Origin: Nemertoderma westbladi
Lineage: Eukaryota > Animalia > Xenacoelomorpha
Length of the DNA stretch: 61,951 bases
Reading direction: 5' to 3'
Assembly: GCA_032718475.1 (NCBI GenBank)
Contig: JAUCBJ010003050.1
Span: 1 to 61,951, forward strand
Part shown: piece after piece, positions 37,097-49,052 of the stretch
Numbering within the stretch: the first letter of the stretch is position 1
Layout: each line of letters opens with the position of its first letter
Made by a program: the position numbers and the translations under genes
The notes under the pieces: generated by a model
Database searches by the model: none
The model's input: the letters and a program-made list of their open reading frames with translations, nothing else
Told to the model about the DNA's origin: nothing

Positions 37097-38718
37097 ATCT
37101 GCTATTTGAGTTTATTAATATTATAATGAGTTTATCTTTAGGCGAGCGGGCGTCGCTGCCTACCCCTCTCTACCCCCGGACAGTGGGATCCTCAGCGCCG
37201 ATACACCGTTGTCGCGATGTTTACGCCAACGTAGTAGCAACAGCACGACAACGATAACCGGCACAAGTCACTCCACTGTCCGTCCCAAAGTCTTGAAATC
37301 ACTTAAGGTTTTTTATATAGGAGAGTTAGGTCTACTTTACGATTGCGACTAGCTACTGTAAACACACTTTAGTAGCAACATTCACCTACAAACGCACAAA
37401 TTCCACACAACTGTCACCAATTATAAGCATACAGGCCATTTGTCCGTTAGTCAGTGCCTTCCAGAATGTCACGTTGTTATTGCGTATCCTTGGATACTAA
37501 ATAGTGTGCTATGTAATCTCTATACTAGGCAATGGGACAAGCTTTCTATTTTTCTTTTAACTCGTTTTTAATTCTAACGTGGGTGTTGCCATGGTGACAT
37601 TATGGAAAGCTAGCGGTAGAATTAGGGTAATTCTCATGCATACAGATCTGGGATGCTATTTAATAGTAATTCTTTAATTGTCAATATCCTCTTTATGCAT
37701 GATTTTATAAATTTTATCGGCTATTGACTATATGTTGGAGATTCTCACACTCTAACACACTCAATAGGGTGAATCTCCGCTCCCGTGATCTATTAATTAA
37801 TGGAATTTTGGGAATGTTATAAATTGCATAAAATGACAATTTATTAAATTCATTTAAAGATATGAATTTAAATTTATTCCCATGAATTTTATTATTTGAT
37901 GGTAAAATTGACACAATTTTATTCCAGAGCATATCTGGGAACATAAGATCCTTAATTCTATAAAAATTGTCTTTTAAGAGTATCGGTAAATGCTGCGATA
38001 TCTTAATTGACTAGAAATTTTAAGGATCTGAATTTTACAGGTTTTAATAAATATTAAATTAATATTTAAGATGGGCACCGATTTATTCCAGAGCTTGTCT
38101 GGGGACGTTAACCACTGATTCTAGAATTTGTCTTTCAAGTATATCGGTGGGTGCCGCGATATCTTAATCGACTAGAATTACAGATGGTCAAAAGTTTAAC
38201 AGATTTATTTGCGTTTTACGCTACTGTTAGAGGGACATCACGCTACTATAGGTATTATTTAATATAAGGTAGAAGAGCAATATCGCACGAAGCAATGTCA
38301 GTGTGAAGAGGCAAGTCGTTTCCAAGGTCTACCCAGAGCTTGGTTTAGCCGAGACACGAGGATCTGAACTTTGCATTCCTAATACTCTGCCTACCAATAA
38401 TACTTAAATATAGTAGGAGCTTTATTGTACTTTAATAAGTACGGACATGTCATCTTACTGTAGTCTCGCATTTATAATATAATACGGACAGTAAGGAAAG
38501 AGAAAAGAATTATTTCTCGCCGTCGCACTAGATATATTATATGTAATTACATAATAAACACTAATATATTGCACTAATCTACTAAATAATCTAAAATAAC
38601 ATTCTACTAAATAAAATTAAATAAAACGATTATAATAAAATACATAATAATCCATACATAAATATAAAATAATAAAAAAATATAAAATAATATAGTCACA
38701 CACCCACTCCATATATAA

Positions 38719-41700
38719 TTACGTTATGGAGTCCCTAGATCTTTGTCGAATTAGGGAAGTGGTCGTAGGAAGAGTATATTGCCTTCCATGGTTTCCGGAC
38801 AGTTTTCGGTCTCTTTCCAGTAAACCTAAACGACCAGCTGGGCGATTAGGCTGTCGTGTTACTTCCTCCGCTCCCTTGGCCTGTCTAATCTTCGCCGTGG
38901 TAAGATGAGGAGGCCATTCATCTTCTTCTTTACTTAGGGAGTCGGGTCCACCTAACCAGCCGGGAGTATCTATCCGTTCTTGAGGAGTTGCTCCTCTGGA
39001 AGCGATGTCGGCTAGATTAATCATCTCGGGGCGATGTCTCCATTGATCTACATTGGAGTTAATATCGTCATTATCTGAGGAGTATGGTGTTCCCTCAGTG
39101 GGTTCGTCCACTTCACTGCTCCCCTCTTCCCAATCCTTTACTTGAAGTAGCCGGTCTTGTGGCAATCTTTCTTCAAGAGTTCTGCGGGAAGGGCCAGTAA
39201 AGTACCAACCAACTCTAGTTCTTACCGCATAAGTTTGTAATGGCTGCGGTTGAGCAGGCCGTTTCTCCAATGTCTCGAGCGCCTCATGCGCGTTTTGGCC
39301 GATGAAGATTTGCACTCCAGGATAATCGGTTTGGAATCGAGGTATCTCAAGATGTTGGATGCTCTCGTCCTCGTCCCAGTTATAAGGTTCTACTTGGGTA
39401 GTAGCGAAGTTCTTTATTGCTACCATTTTTACTGACCTTATACTTTGTTCTCCTAATTTATCCGGTGGGGTGGACAACGCACCTATATAGTAATCTGCTG
39501 TTACGGTAGATTTCCAAACCTGTATAACTCCTGACATATTTAACTTAGTTAGGAATTTGGGTTGTCCAGCAAAGATATCCTCGGCTAATTCTTTGTCGAT
39601 GAATGTTCCTGTACTGCCGGAGTCAAGGAGGGCATTCACTATGTAACTCTTATTAGGACCGTGAACTCTTACCTGTACCACAGGAAATTCTCGTATTCCT
39701 ACGTGGGAGGTTGGAGCTTTCCAAGATGGTTGTCTGTCAAAGGTGGTTGGGGGGAACTCCGTGTCGGTGTCTTTTTCGTACGTAAGTGCTCGATACACTG
39801 CGGTATTTATTAGATAACAGGATTCGTTGGCATCGGAGAATTCGTCCGTATAGAATCCTTCCCACTCAGAACTTTGGTCAGTGTCGTTCACATCACTGAA
39901 TTGGACATGTGATTTGGGCTCACTTACCTGACTCGGGCTGTTTCGTTCGAATTCCGTGTGCAACAAGCTATGATGTTTCGCGCCGCACTTAGCACACCTT
40001 GCGTCAGAGTAACAGGTTCGCCGCTGGTGTCCACGTCTGAGACAGTTATAACACAACCGCTTATCCCACAGGACTCCACGTCTATCTGCCAGGGATTTCT
40101 TTAGGAATTTTGCACACGCACTCAAACGGTGGGGCCCGTCGCACAGCGCACATTTTGGTTTGATGTTACTCACTTTACCTTGGGTAATGTTATGCACTTT
40201 CGCTCGTTCTTTGTGCTTTCTTACCTGAATTCTGTTGGGAGACTGAGGAGGGGTCTTGGCAACCTGTTCTCTCCTATCATTGGTTCGAGACTTGTATTTA
40301 CTTACGTCTTTTGGGTTTTTGTGGTCATAGTAGGATCTTGCTGTGTCTTTCCCGCTGTCCTCCTCATGTGAGGTCTGGCTTTCGCCCTCGTCTGTATAAC
40401 ACACGGGTATTATTCTTCTCCTAGAAACGGGTCTCTCACTTACCTGATTTTCCGATGTTTTCTCTCTGGACTGCCTTATGAGTTGTAATTTGACCTCACC
40501 GTCTAGGAATGACATGAGATCAGCCATGGTAGGGCTCCGTCGTTGTTGCTCCATCATATACAACACTTTCTTGTCCCAGCGAGTACATACTCCACCCTTT
40601 GGTAAAGTAGAGACTATGGCTCCAATAACCATAGAACTCTGATATTCATGAGACTTACCTAACCAATCCAATTGCCGGCAGATCTCTTGAATCTCATCGG
40701 AAAACTCTATAATCTCGTTACTAAGGAACTTTCGGGGAGCTACTAATTTTGCATACAAATACTTAGCTATGTTATCCTTATTACCATACCTGGTGTTTAA
40801 TGTATCCCAAACTTGTCTTAATCCATTTGGATGTCCAATAAACTTCAACGCCATTAACCTGGGAGGTCCTTCCAAACATTTGATGAGGAATCTCAGTTTC
40901 TCTCCGCTAGACAGTACAGAGTTCTGTATGCTATCTTCATAATATTCATTAAACGGTAACCATTTCATTTCATCTCCATTGAATTTGACGATTTCTCCCA
41001 CTTTGACCGCTTGGCGGGCTTCTGTTCTAGCCATCTGACGCGTAAAGCTTTCTTGGGCCATCGTGTTATTTAATATCGAATTATCGGTATATAAATTTCT
41101 CGGATTATTATCAGGTCTATAGGGAATATCATTACAAACAGGTTTATAATCACCCTTAATGGGGTTTGCTATAGGAGTTTCTACTTCGCTAGCAGTATAG
41201 ATGCGTGTAGGCTCCACACCTTGCGCATGAAATACTTCAGGCCTAACAGGTTGACACATTGTTACAGGGGGTGTTGGTATGCCCCTTTTTACATTTACTA
41301 ATTTATCGCGTTCTAACGCGATACTTTGCTGCACTTCTTGTAGCTCTAACCTACTTTCCCTGACAGTTCCCTTGAACTGGTGGACCGTCTCCTGCATCTG
41401 TCCAAGCAGGACATTCATCCCCTTCCGTCCCTCCTCCACCCACTCGACCGCCGAAGCGGGAGTCGCCAACGTTGTGGCGGGCGGGCGAGGGACTACGGGC
41501 GACCAATCCATACGCTCGGAGTCCATGACAGGAACCATTTCAGGGGCTGTTCTACTAGGCACTGATAGTTTCGTGCTGTGTAAAGGGAATTTAGAGGTTG
41601 CTCCCTGGAATACAGGTGTCTCTAGCACCGAAGTGGTGGCTTCGAGAACAGGCCTAATTATTTCAGGCTCATCTGTTATAGTAGGGAGTCTACTTACAGT

Positions 41701-42879
41701 AACAATTCGGTCTGTGTGTTCTGTACTCGCTACGGCTGCGCTAGCTAGTTGTCTTCTAACAGCTGGAGGTAAATCAGGCAATTTCTGACGGGGAGACGTT
41801 CTTTTACGCCTACTCAGACGAGATCTATTTCCTCCACCTTCAGGGTCGGTGGTGTCTCCTTCCTCCGATGAGGTATAACCTTGGCGTTTGGAAGTAGATC
41901 GACTCATCATCTGCATTCTACTATCCGTTAACCGTTTATTTATACTATCTTGACTTTCCTGAATATTTTCCAACGCTAGTTGGGCGATCTCGTCAGACGC
42001 TCTCCTTTCTGCTTCTGCCAATGCATCCGCCGCTTTTCTTTCTGCTTCGGCCGCTGCCGCTGCTACTGCCGCTTTTCTGTCTGCTTCGGCTGCTGCTTCT
42101 GCCGCTCTTCTGTCTGCTTCGGCCTCTGCTGTCTTTCTTTCTGCTTCTGCTGCCGCTGCCGCTTTTGCCGCTGCTGCTGCTTTTCGATCCTCTATCTGTT
42201 TTTTCTTGACTTGTTCTTCCTGGGCTCTAGCGATGCGGAGTTGTTCATCAAATTTAGCTTGGTTTGCAGCTAACATTTCAGTATCAATTGCGTCCAACAC
42301 ATGCTTGGTTCCTTCACTATTAGGGGAAAGTCCAGCCAGCCGTCTCCTCAACTCTTCGTCTCCGACAAAACGTTGATAGTCTGACAGATAGATGTCAATA
42401 GCGTCTCTAGTTCGCGGCTTCTCTGCTGTCCCTTCGCTTTCCTCTTCGCTTTCCACTTCGCTTTCCACTTGAGAAGAAGTGGCGTCGGTTGATTCCTCAT
42501 AGGTTGGCCACTCATCATAAACCGTATCCGCCATCTTCGCTCCGCATTCGGGTCTCCGCTCAGCAGTATCCGAACTACTGGAGCTATCGGGCCGCTGGGA
42601 ACTAGGTTCTTGGCTCGCGGGTTGTTGAGGTTCCGCTGCTTCTTGGTCCCGCTTGACCTGAGCTCGAGTGCCTATGATAGACCTACGATGTTGGACCAGC
42701 CTCGGTTCTGTTATTACTACTGTAGGGATGACCTTGCTTACAGTAGGAGGGGACTTGGACTTTGGTCTCAGACGCTCTATACTCTTAGCTGAGTCCCAGA
42801 TCTTTTTAAGACCCTGTCTAACACTCATTCTAGCACTTTCTAAGAGACTATCTGACAGTGATTGGGTTGTGTCAGACAT
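38719..42879 (-). CDS. gag: BEL/Pao Gag-protease polyprotein (1386 aa) with RNase H and integrase relics, lacking RT
   Basis: Pao capsid motif KFNGD..KW..F...Y...I..GEKLRFL..CLEG; three Zn knuckles CALC..H....C, CYNC...GH....C, CAKC...HHSLLH; protease ALLDSGS, IFIG, RTRVGW; relics WRH..N.ADIASRG..W..GP..L....WP and RPAGRLGLLE. Confidence 0.92.
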   Translation of the reverse strand: MSDTTQSLSDSLLESARMSVRQGLKKIWDSAKSIERLRPKSKSPPTVSKVIPTVVITEPRLVQHRRSIIGTRAQVKRDQEAAEPQQPASQEPSSQRPDSSSSSDTAERRPECGAKMADTVYDEWPTYEESTDATSSQVESEVESEEESEGTAEKPRTRDAIDIYLSDYQRFVGDEELRRRLAGLSPNSEGTKHVLDAIDTEMLAANQAKFDEQLRIARAQEEQVKKKQIEDRKAAAAAKAAAAAEAERKTAEAEADRRAAEAAAEADRKAAVAAAAAEAERKAADALAEAERRASDEIAQLALENIQESQDSINKRLTDSRMQMMSRSTSKRQGYTSSEEGDTTDPEGGGNRSRLSRRKRTSPRQKLPDLPPAVRRQLASAAVASTEHTDRIVTVSRLPTITDEPEIIRPVLEATTSVLETPVFQGATSKFPLHSTKLSVPSRTAPEMVPVMDSERMDWSPVVPRPPATTLATPASAVEWVEEGRKGMNVLLGQMQETVHQFKGTVRESRLELQEVQQSIALERDKLVNVKRGIPTPPVTMCQPVRPEVFHAQGVEPTRIYTASEVETPIANPIKGDYKPVCNDIPYRPDNNPRNLYTDNSILNNTMAQESFTRQMARTEARQAVKVGEIVKFNGDEMKWLPFNEYYEDSIQNSVLSSGEKLRFLIKCLEGPPRLMALKFIGHPNGLRQVWDTLNTRYGNKDNIAKYLYAKLVAPRKFLSNEIIEFSDEIQEICRQLDWLGKSHEYQSSMVIGAIVSTLPKGGVCTRWDKKVLYMMEQQRRSPTMADLMSFLDGEVKLQLIRQSREKTSENQVSERPVSRRRIIPVCYTDEGESQTSHEEDSGKDTARSYYDHKNPKDVSKYKSRTNDRREQVAKTPPQSPNRIQVRKHKERAKVHNITQGKVSNIKPKCALCDGPHRLSACAKFLKKSLADRRGVLWDKRLCYNCLRRGHQRRTCYSDARCAKCGAKHHSLLHTEFERNSPSQVSEPKSHVQFSDVNDTDQSSEWEGFYTDEFSDANESCYLINTAVYRALTYEKDTDTEFPPTTFDRQPSWKAPTSHVGIREFPVVQVRVHGPNKSYIVNALLDSGSTGTFIDKELAEDIFAGQPKFLTKLNMSGVIQVWKSTVTADYYIGALSTPPDKLGEQSIRSVKMVAIKNFATTQVEPYNWDEDESIQHLEIPRFQTDYPGVQIFIGQNAHEALETLEKRPAQPQPLQTYAVRTRVGWYFTGPSRRTLEERLPQDRLLQVKDWEEGSSEVDEPTEGTPYSSDNDDINSNVDQWRHRPEMINLADIASRGATPQERIDTPGWLGGPDSLSKEEDEWPPHLTTAKIRQAKGAEEVTRQPNRPAGRLGLLERDRKLSGNHGRQYTLPTTTSLIRQRSRDSIT

Positions 42880-44226
42880 ATTTACTTGTACAGTGGAATG
42901 CCTACTGCTATAGTTACAGTTAAAGCAAGTCTAGTAATTCAGTAAGGCTGTTGGACTAGTACCAGTAATTAATTACAATATATTAGAATACCGGTATACA
43001 CTTATAATATATAAGTATTGTAAACTAGTTTTGTCACAGAGTACCGGTATACAGATTTAGCACAAATATATATAAATATATAATAGGCCTATCGTGAATA
43101 CCGGTATACAGTTTACACTGATAGTATATATAAGTATAATTATGGACTAGAATTAATTACAGAGTACCGGTATGATTTCAGCTCAAATTTATAGAAATAA
43201 ATATAATAAGCCTATCGTAAATACCGGTATGTCAATTATTTTAGAATAATTGAATTTCTGAATATTTTAGGGTTACTTGGTTACTTTAACTTACTTTGTT
43301 ACCGTTATTTAAGCGGTAGTCCAACTGATATTGAGACCGAGTTGTTGTATGACAGACCTACTAATTTATAAATCTTTTAAGTTGATTTATAATATATATA
43401 TATATATACCCTGATAAGGGTTTTGTTACAATACTGAAATAGATGTTACTATTTCTAGGAATAATCACTACACAGAAGCTGTGCGCTCTCAGTGAAGTGC
43501 TACTTATTTGACACTAAAACGAATAATTCTACTGGCCTACGTTACTTATCTATTAATTACTTACAATATTGTTGAGATTACAATCTCTAATAAACACACG
43601 AAAAAAAACTATACGTACGAAATTTTTAGGGCAATTTAACAGGGAAACTACGAACCAGTCTAACAAAGGGTTAGAACTTCTGGTTATTACAACGGATAGG
43701 ATACTACGGTATTTGAAAATAATAAGCAGAAGTAAATATACTGCGTTGTCCAGATAGGAAAATACCACCGCCTGACGACCTACAGCCGTATCGCTATAGG
43801 TACTACGTTATGTATCACGGAGTGTTCCTACCTAGAGGTTAATAGAACGAATGTGCCTATTAACCACTTTACAACACAAATATAATGCCTACACTAATTA
43901 CTCTCGGAAAGCACTGTACACTAAACCCTAAGTTAGGTACAAGTACTTGTAAAACAAATAACCTGCAGTTAAATATACTTGAACAGTTAAAAGAACCACA
44001 GCATCTGCTGGAGTGACCGGGGCACAAAGTCACCAGTCTTTACCTACGCCAAGCAGCCCGTGTAGTACCGGGTTAATTTAACTATAACGGTATGTATAAC
44101 AAACACAATTACTGTAGGAATAAACTTGGGGACATGAATGTTGCGAGTAATCGCATAAACTCTGAATAATAAATATTACGCTACCCGTACAAAATACTCA
44201 AATAAAATACAAACTAAATGTTGGCA

Positions 44227-44740
44227 GACTACTATCAAGCCTAAACAAACTACAGTATGTGCAGATTCCAAAATTGTTAGTTAGTATGCGTACTAATACG
44301 GTAGTACGACTTATTCTTTAGCAGGGGGTTGACCTTACAACTACGAGTTGCCCCAACTTACTAACCGGCACTTTATCAGACTTACTCTACACACGCAGCA
44401 ATTCCTTCAGACCCAACAACAGCCAGACAACAATCCAGCCTACAAAATATCTGAATAATATTACGGTACCTGAACAGACTATACAAACAATACAGGATAA
44501 ACGCTGACGGACTACTATCAAGCCTAAATAAACCACAGTATATGCAGATTCCGAGATTGTTAGTTAGTATGCGTGCTAATACGGTAGTACGACTTATTCT
44601 TTAAGAGGGGGTTGACCTTACAACTACGAGTTGCCCCAACTTACTAACTGGCACTTTATCAGACTTACTCTACACACGCTGTAATCTTCAAGCCTAACAA
44701 CAGTCAGACAACAGTCCAGCCTACAATGATCTGAACAATC
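44227..44740. repeat. Diverged tandem duplication (period about 283 bp) in the retrotransposon 5' leader
   Basis: GACTACTATCAAGCCTAAA... at 44227 and 44510. Confidence 0.85.
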
Positions 44741-45022
44741 TGAGCAGACTTACACGTCTTCAGCTCAATATTAACTTACTAGGAAATAAAACCGACAGAA
44801 ATAAGTAGAATCTCAATAAAAAATCAGGGCTGCAGTCCCCGATTCAGTACTAAGACCTACCGGTATACTATAATCAAAATCGAATAATACTAATGTACTT
44901 ATACAACAGTACTGGTTATGACAGTTGGGCCTAGTGACCTACAGAAGTACCGGTTCAGGTTTACCGATAGACCGGTACTTAGCAACCTTATTGCTTACTG
45001 CAATAAGATCAATAACTGTTAT

Positions 45023-46210
45023 TGTACGCGCTTTTGTAGACCTTTAGCAGTTTAACCTGCCAAAATTTATATGTCTTTAGTTGGTAAATTGACTTTATAA
45101 GATGACAAGATTTAATACAAAATAAACACAACATTAGCCGAAGCCAGCCTAGTGCGCGTCCATTCACCCGCTGGATATACCCGGGGGGCTGGATTCTGAG
45201 GGCTTAGATTTATTGCAGTGAAGCCTACATGTATTATTCGATTGATCACCAATATATAATCTCTGGCAAATATTATTCACTTTCGGGAAATATTAGCAGT
45301 TCCTTTAGGACGTGGCGCTCTATCTATTTAAACAAAGTTATGACTTACACCAAACACAACGATATGGCTTAGAATTCACGTATGAGACGCATTCTTTAGG
45401 AGATGCTTAGTTATCAGTCTCAATCACAATCATACACACTACCGGTACCGCACAATACTGCTCACTGGTTTGCCGACAGTCACTGACTTTGATCACGTAT
45501 AAAGAGAATAGCAATTGACTCAAGTAGTGGCTACCAAATAGCATTATATTCACTACAAACCACTATAATATAAGTCGCAATCGTTATATGTAAACTGCCT
45601 CTCTCACCTGTAGTGTATCAAGAAAATTGGGAAATTTGGGTTCTTTATATATGTTCTCCAAATAATATTCAACCAAACAACAGTAAATAGCAGTATAATA
45701 ATGTATTGGACCGATATGTGATATGATATGTTAAGATAAGTGATATGCACTGATAACAGTTATACGCTCTATAATCTTAAGCCTACTAATGTTTCTTATA
45801 AAGTCTGAAAACAAGTGATTCCAGAGCCGTTCTTCCTGGCTTAGAAACACCAACACTGAACACTGATAAGAATAACTATAAGAATACCAGCTACCCTTAT
45901 TCTACAAAGATCTCACCCACCACAGAGAATGAGCATACAGATAGGAAATTCAGTTCAGTAGATCTGTGATAGGTCAAACTCAAAACCAACTCAAATCCTA
46001 TTGGCAGATACAGAAAGCAGGGCTATGGGGCAACCTTCCTAAGCTGGTTGGACGATCGAACATAGCCCAGATCCCTTAGCACAGCAAATCAGCCAATCAA
46101 CCGGTAGCTTGTACCATTCGAGCTAGAGATCCCTTTTAGAGTATTCCAGCGCCTTGGGGGGAACTGGTTAGCAAAGCAAACGAATCAGTTATCCCACAAA
46201 AGCTTTTACA
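45023..46210 (-). repeat. 5' LTR
   Basis: Direct repeat of 34184-35371, upstream of gag on the minus strand. Confidence 0.95.
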
Positions 46211-47290
46211 GTCTCCTTTCTTGGGGAGAGGCTTTAGTTGACCTTTAGTCCAAATTGGTGGTGGCTTTTCCCCTTTTAACATCCGGTTGCAAACATTCAA
46301 TAATGGTCTGTTTAGCACTCCTGTTTTCCATACCTCCGCTGGGATTTCATCTAATCCACTCGCTTCATTATTGGACATGCTTTTAATGTTTCTTTGGAGT
46401 TCGGCAGGTGTGAAGTTTCCTGTTTCTATAGGTAGTGTCTTGTCATATATTTTCCTTGTAGGGCTGATCTCGATGTTTGGTGGCTGCCCAAGCAAGTTGC
46501 TGAAGTGATTTTTCCACTTCCCAACACGTTCTTCAGAACTATCGGCTTTGAGTCGCCCCTTTGCCCGACTTTTCCAACCAGATACCTCATTTACAGTTAT
46601 TGCCAGGTAAGTCTTGATTGTTGCTGTATGTGAGCAGTTGTAATTGCTTCAATTTTACCCTGTATGTACTTCTCATGGCTGATGTTGTAGGCTAATTTAA
46701 GACCTTCCTTTGCTTTCTCAACCTTGTTGATATTTTCGGTTGTTTGGGGAATGGGAATATGCCTCTTGGCTAATTCCTTGTGGGCTTTTATTATATTCTG
46801 GTATATTGAATCGGTGGATTGGTCTTCATCCATTGACTGAAGTGCTTCATAGCGGTTTTGAACTTCTACTGTATAAGCATCCTATACTGCATTGTCAGTT
46901 CTGAGTTTCTCCCAGTCATAGTTGATTCGCTTGCTTGTCCCGGGTTTGCTGGCTCTCAAACTGAGTCTGACTTCTTCAGTCACGATTCTGTGGTCCGAAC
47001 CAATTAGGTTGAACGAGCTGTAGGCCTATGCCTCGCAGTTATCAAAATTCCTATTCCACAAATTGATGCATTGGACGAATTTCTTTCTGCTGAGCTTGGT
47101 ACAAGCGTCCATCGTTTCCAATAGTATTATACTTAATGGCAGTGTCTTTATGACAAATCCGATGTTCTTGGATAGAGATGATGTCGATGTTATATTCCAT
47201 TGCCAAAGCTACCATGTCGCCCTGTTTGCCTTGAGTTTTCAGAGTTTTCAGAGTATTCATTGTGACAATCCTTAGTGTCTTTTAACATTT
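46211..47290 (-). mobile_element. RTE-like LINE 5' part (AP endonuclease to start of RT), degenerate
   Basis: LRIVTMN..IDIISIQEHR and GSDHRIV (APE motifs); ASGLDEIPAEVWK, PLPKKGD. Confidence 0.85.
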
Positions 47291-47572
47291 CATCAGGTTG
47301 GTTCTTCTTTCCTCTCTGCCTTCTGTTCCAGTAGCCGATTATTTTTCGACCCCGGCCTGGCGTACCACTGAGGGACGCGGTCCTTGTTGACCCCGGCGAC
47401 GACCGAGCCGGTATTTCTCCTGGAGGGTTCTCATACTCATATCTTTCAGTTGCGGGAGTAAACCGCTTGTAGTCGCAACTTATTGTTTGTAATTTATTGA
47501 ATCTTATTGTTTGTTTCTTATTGTTTTTTATTTATTGTATTTTATTGTTTCAGATATTTAAGTTGGTAAACT

Positions 47573-47730
47573 ATGAAGCTTTACTTCAGCTATAGTTGCC
47601 ATGGCGGCAATGAGGAGATGCAGCACTATCGACAGATCGCGTGTCACCTTAACTCGATCGGAGAACTTCTTAATTTGTCTCGAATCAATCTTACGTCACC
47701 TGCACTAATCGCCGTGGATCATGATCATGC
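47573..47730 (+). CDS. DNPH1: DNPH1/Rcl-family deoxynucleotide N-hydrolase, exon 1
   Basis: MKLYFSYSCHGGNEEMQHYRQIACHLNSIGELL parallels LYFCGSIRGGRED..LY..IV..L...G.VL; phase-2 donor GTTAGT at 47731. Confidence 0.75.
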
Positions 47731-48822
47731 GTTAGTATACATGTTTTATTTGCCTGGATTATAATCTGGTGGCTTCTTAAGTTAGAAGATTACTGTTTTA
47801 CGACTGGTACAATATCGACGGAAGCAGCTTTTTCTTAAACTCTTTTAGTTAAATATTGAAAGCAGAAATACAAATTCTGACTCACACAGCATGATGACGG
47901 GAGATCAAACTACAGTATCTCTTTTCTAATGTAATGCGATTAGTAAAAACCTATCTGAATTCAGACATTGTTAGTATTGAAAATATTGTAATTATGTCAC
48001 ATGGTGTATTAAGTAGGAAACTATGTATTGGGATATAGTAGGGTCATTACAAGGAGGCCTTGGTATCAATGGGGTCGCCCAACATTATATTCATTATGAT
48101 CCCAGAACTACAAAAAAATCAAAAATTTGAAAGTTGTTTAAAAAAATTACTTTATGTGGTCTATGCAAAACTGGCTTATAGGTGGTTTTGAAACGATGAA
48201 TATCTCAGTTGTACGTGGGAGTATGGCCTTTTAAGTGTGTTAATCGGACTCAGAATACATTTCAAGGGAGGGGGGGGGGGGGGGGGGTAGCACCCCCAAA
48301 TTGAACGTCACATTTTTGTGTCTATGGACCCTAAAATTGGGTGAAAATGATTAAACAACGATGACTAACATCGAACAAAAATGACTAAACACTACTAATT
48401 AACTACTAAACACTACACTTTGTCAAAAATGAATGAAATTCAACCAAATTTTTCATGCTTGCTGAACAGATAACTACAGTAGTAAAACAACGTTTTAGCA
48501 TCTTTATTCATATCTATACTGTGAGAGCCTTTTTTATGAAAAGGGCCCCGTACAATTGTAAAATATACTGCTGCTCGGTGGGTTGTCAAAACCCCCCCCC
48601 CCCCCCCCCCCACTCAACATAAAGAAATGCAGCAATCTCCATTTAGGCAAAAATGGCGTAAATGTGGTTTCAAAATGGAACCGACGCTTTAGTCTGTCGA
48701 AAGTCTGAGGAAGAAATATAATTCGCGTTAATAACTCAGTTAGAGGGCGACAATGCAACGCAACAGTTGAAATAGTGACAAATCAATACATTTTTATACA
48801 TAATGTTTGTTTGTTGTTGCAG

Positions 48823-48977
48823 AGTGGAGCACGACCGTAGTATAAGAATGATAAGAGATAGCGATTTCTTGGTAGCCGAGATAACTCATCCGTCTACCGG
48901 TGTTGGCTATGAGATTGCACGAGCTGGAGCTTTAGGAATTCGTATCGCCTGTCTGTACAGGCCGTCCGTATGTAAAT
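48823..48977 (+). CDS. DNPH1: DNPH1-family, exon 2
   Basis: DFLVAEITHPSTGVGYEIARA..IACLYRP matches VVAEVTQPSLGVGYELGRA..ILCLFRP; acceptor TTGCAG, phase-1 donor GTGAGT. Confidence 0.85.
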
Positions 48978-49052
48978 GTGAGTCGTGTAAATCTTTCTTG
49001 AGTGCCAGAATACTGGTTTATACCTCCAATCAAGATAAACATGTATACTGCT

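Larger units (their letters stand above)
34184..46210 (-). mobile_element. BEL/Pao LTR retrotransposon, internally deleted (non-autonomous), recent insertion
   Basis: Two 1188-bp TG..CA LTRs; 5-bp TSD GTCTC (34179-34183, 46211-46215); BEL-type Gag and protease; purine-rich GGGAGCGG before the 3' LTR. Confidence 0.95.

Noticed and set aside
37160-37265. Env TM remnant VPVIVVVLLLLRWRKHR on the minus strand
   Set aside because: A stop lies two codons upstream and there is no ectodomain; too short to support
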